Part shown: positions 62,401 through 64,000 of the stretch, in pieces
Layout: the number at the start of each line of letters is the position of its first letter
Numbering within the stretch: the stretch's first letter is position 1
DNA from: Callorhinchus milii
Taxonomy: Eukaryota
Direction of reading: 5' to 3'
Assembly (NCBI RefSeq): GCF_018977255.1
Contig: NW_024704742.1
Coordinates: forward strand, 21,268,001 to 21,332,000
Length of the DNA stretch: 64,000 bases
Translations under genes and position numbers: made by a program
Notes under the pieces: generated by a model
The model's input: only the letters and a program-made list of their open reading frames with translations
The model's database searches: none
What the model was told of the DNA's origin: nothing

Positions 62401-63160
62401 AGTGCTAATCTTCTGACTCAGAGGCAAGGTCTCTAACTTATAGATACTGTACGTAGCATCATTCTGTACCTCACCTTCAGACCTATCTGCAGATGATCCC
62501 CAGATCTTAAACAACAGAGGAAAGATTCCTTCACATCAGAAAGAAATACTTCCTATAGAGCACAAAATAACCCATCCCATCACTGTCCACACTTTTGGAG
62601 CAAGAGGACAGGACCAGATGAGTTCTGGAAGGACTGAGACGTATAAAGGATGCGAAAAGGGTTAGGCGATCCTATGTAGCTTCCCAATGTTTATCAGCAG
62701 TAGACTCACCTTCAGAGAGCGGGTTATAGTCTTCACCAGAGGTGGCTGAGCCATCTTTGGTGTGAACTCGTACAATGGAGACTTTTGATGCATCGCCCAG
62801 ACGCAGCACTGGGATTATCACAACCGCCACCTCACCCGGTTCTTGAGGCTCCTGAATGCTGTATTTTGTTTCAGAGAATTTTATGATGGGCTCTATTAAA
62901 AAAAATGAAAGGTGACGTTACATTTCTCTCTTTAATGTGTTATTCGCTTTCAGAAATCTGCCAAGTTCTATTGATCCGTTAGGTTGTGAACCTACTATCT
63001 CCTTCATCTGTGATCTTTATCAGTGTTTCGTTCTGTTCTCCCACAGAAGCACCGAACAGCGACTGACTATTGGCGGATCCGAGTACCAGACGGAACTCTT
63101 CCTCTTCCTCATAAATGGTATCATCCACAAGAGTGACGATGCAGGGCTTCTCAATCTCCC
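49916..63160 (-). CDS. FREM2: FRAS1-related extracellular matrix protein 2-family gene, 3' part (15 coding exons; 5' part lies beyond the window end)
   Basis: Spliced translation matches recalled FREM2 sequence throughout (e.g. [59 protein letters not shown]-terminal DSSEV). All introns are GT-AG with matching phases, apart from one frameshifted exon. A full-length FREM3-type paralog cannot be excluded without phylogeny or synteny. Confidence 0.9.
51301..51619 (-). mobile_element. Young Deu-SINE in the last FREM2 intron, with a 6-bp target-site duplication
   Basis: Full-length copy flanked by ATCTTA at 51295-51300 and 51620-51625. Confidence 0.9.
51635..51781 (-). CDS. FREM2: FREM2-family penultimate exon (147 nt, phase 0-0)
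   Basis: tctcttcgcag| acceptor; [49 protein letters not shown]; |gtgaat donor. Confidence 0.93.
51966..52153 (-). CDS. FREM2: FREM2-family exon (188 nt, phase 1-0)
   Basis: ccactcag| acceptor; [63 protein letters not shown]; |gtacgt donor. Confidence 0.93.
52782..52908 (-). CDS. FREM2: FREM2-family exon (127 nt, phase 0-1)
   Basis: cttcctaatag| acceptor; [42 protein letters not shown]; |gtttgg donor. The preceding intron is only 98 nt. Confidence 0.92.
53007..53140 (-). CDS. FREM2: FREM2-family exon (134 nt as given, 135 nt expected) with an internal -1 frameshift
   Basis: cttccctag| acceptor; [17 protein letters not shown] in one frame, then [27 protein letters not shown] in another; |gtggga donor. 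One base is missing near 53086-53092. Confidence 0.9.
53980..54375 (-). mobile_element. Older SacSINE1-like Deu-SINE (FREM2 intron)
   Basis: Reverse complement of the 20455-20892 family. Confidence 0.8.
54740..54867 (-). CDS. FREM2: FREM2-family exon (128 nt, phase 1-0)
   Basis: ctctgccgcag| acceptor; [43 protein letters not shown]; |gtaagc donor. Confidence 0.92.
55096..55200 (-). CDS. FREM2: FREM2-family exon (105 nt, phase 1-1); absent from the ORF track
   Basis: gtgcag| acceptor; [35 protein letters not shown]; |gtaagt donor. Confidence 0.92.
55320..55765 (+). mobile_element. L2 LINE 3' fragment (antisense in a FREM2 intron)
   Basis: Colinear with the 26060-26520 L2 3' region. Shorter intronic pieces lie at about 53445-53680(+), 61530-61731(+) and 50670-50895(-). 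Confidence 0.82.
56098..56290 (-). CDS. FREM2: FREM2-family exon (193 nt, phase 0-1)
   Basis: tttgcag| acceptor; [64 protein letters not shown]; |gtgagg donor. Confidence 0.94.
57064..57395 (-). CDS. FREM2: FREM2-family exon (332 nt, phase 1-0)
   Basis: tatttcag| acceptor; [36 protein letters not shown]...[14 protein letters not shown]...[10 protein letters not shown]; |gtaaga donor. Confidence 0.94.
58074..58205 (-). CDS. FREM2: FREM2-family exon (132 nt, phase 1-1)
   Basis: cttccag| acceptor; [44 protein letters not shown]; |gtacgt donor. Confidence 0.93.
59425..59728 (-). CDS. FREM2: FREM2-family exon (304 nt, phase 0-1)
   Basis: ggcag| acceptor; [16 protein letters not shown]...[19 protein letters not shown]...ISKQD; |gtgagc donor. 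Confidence 0.93.
61110..61268 (-). CDS. FREM2: FREM2-family exon (159 nt, phase 0-0)
   Basis: tttctctcag| acceptor; [53 protein letters not shown]; |gtaaga donor. Confidence 0.92.
61958..62088 (-). CDS. FREM2: FREM2-family exon (131 nt, phase 1-0), Calx-beta domain
   Basis: ttttctag| acceptor; [44 protein letters not shown]; |gtacta donor. Confidence 0.92.
62710..62892 (-). CDS. FREM2: FREM2-family exon (183 nt, phase 1-1), Calx-beta domain
   Basis: tttaatag| acceptor; [61 protein letters not shown]; |gtgagt donor. Confidence 0.93.
62996..63160 (-). CDS. FREM2: FREM2-family exon (165 nt, phase 1-1), Calx-beta domain
   Basis: cccag| acceptor; [55 protein letters not shown]; |gtagg donor. 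Acidic DD..YE..E Calx-beta motif. Confidence 0.92.
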
Positions 63161-63297
63161 CTGGGTAACAAGCAAAAGGCATCAGTCAAATCTCAGTGTC
63201 AAACATCCCTGACATTACACAAAACACAGCCTTGGTAATATTTAAGTAACCCCAGTTTAAGGTTTGAGCAGAACATTGCTGAGGAGAATCCCAGCAT

Positions 63298-63641
63298 TAT
63301 TAATAATAATAATAATCCTTGCATTTGGTATAGCACCTTTCACGTTGGAAGGATGTCCGAAAGTGCTTCACAAGATATATTGTGAAGTGGAGTGATTGTG
63401 TTTTGCGGCACCAATTGCGCATAGCAATGTCCCACAAACTCTTTAACATCCACCTGAACAGGCAGTCGGGACCTTGGTTTTACGTCTCATCCAAAGGATG
63501 GCACCTCCAACAACGCAGCAAACCCCCAGTATTGCATTGGTGTGTCATCTTCGATGATCTGATTCCAAATCCCAAGATGGGGCTTGAACCCACAACCTTC
63601 TTACCCAGGAGTGAGAGATGCTACCAATGAGCCAGGCTGAC
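63298..63641 (-). mobile_element. Older SacSINE1-like Deu-SINE with an internal deletion (FREM2 intron)
   Basis: (AAT)n tail; Deu core; head ending GAGCCAGGCTGAC on the plus strand. Confidence 0.82.
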
Positions 63642-64000
63642 TTTGCAGCTGTTTGAGTCTCAAGGCATCAGAAATGAGCTGCAATACAAATCCGCAGGGA
63701 TCACTTGATCTTACAGCAAAATGGAAACTTAAGAGCCCTGTTGGGAAAATACAGTGTAAATGATGTCCCAGAGTTGAGGTCCCGTAACTTGATGTGACAT
63801 ACATGAGGTTCTCTAATGGAGGTGCACTGTATATCCTGAGGTGCTTGTTCCTGCTTTTCCAACAAGTGTTTTTTACCTCCTCCAGTGTATTTACATGATC
63901 AGACAAGGAGTACTGTACTGCTTAAGTAACAGGAGATGCAAATTGGAAATACCCACTGATAAGCGCATCCTCTTCCATAAAGAGCATGATGCATTGCTGA

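Overview
This is eukaryotic (vertebrate) genomic DNA, not microbial. The repeat landscape (Deu-domain tRNA SINEs, L2 and CR1 LINEs, a shark-type hairpin repeat) points to a cartilaginous fish, possibly a chimaera; that assignment is inference. The right end (49916-63160, minus strand) holds the last 15 coding exons (about 980 aa) of a FREM2-family gene (FRAS1-related extracellular matrix protein). These exons encode Calx-beta repeats, the conserved ECM3/FRAS1-type C-terminal region, furin sites, a transmembrane helix and a -DSSEV PDZ ligand. All 14 introns are GT-AG with compatible phases, with one exception: the exon at 53007-53140 is 134 nt rather than 135 nt and carries a -1 frameshift at a G homopolymer (most likely a sequence error, possibly a real null allele). 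The left ~47 kb has no recognisable host protein-coding exon. It is dense in SINEs, L2/CR1 fragments and MITE-like elements, and contains a decayed Gypsy internal region bracketed by a young 298-bp direct repeat. It also has two candidate non-coding 5' exons of a neighbouring minus-strand gene (7636+ and 4339-4631). Most ORFs in the supplied track are spurious or repeat-derived. I found no convincing novel biological system; the findings are annotation-level and repeat-biology observations.
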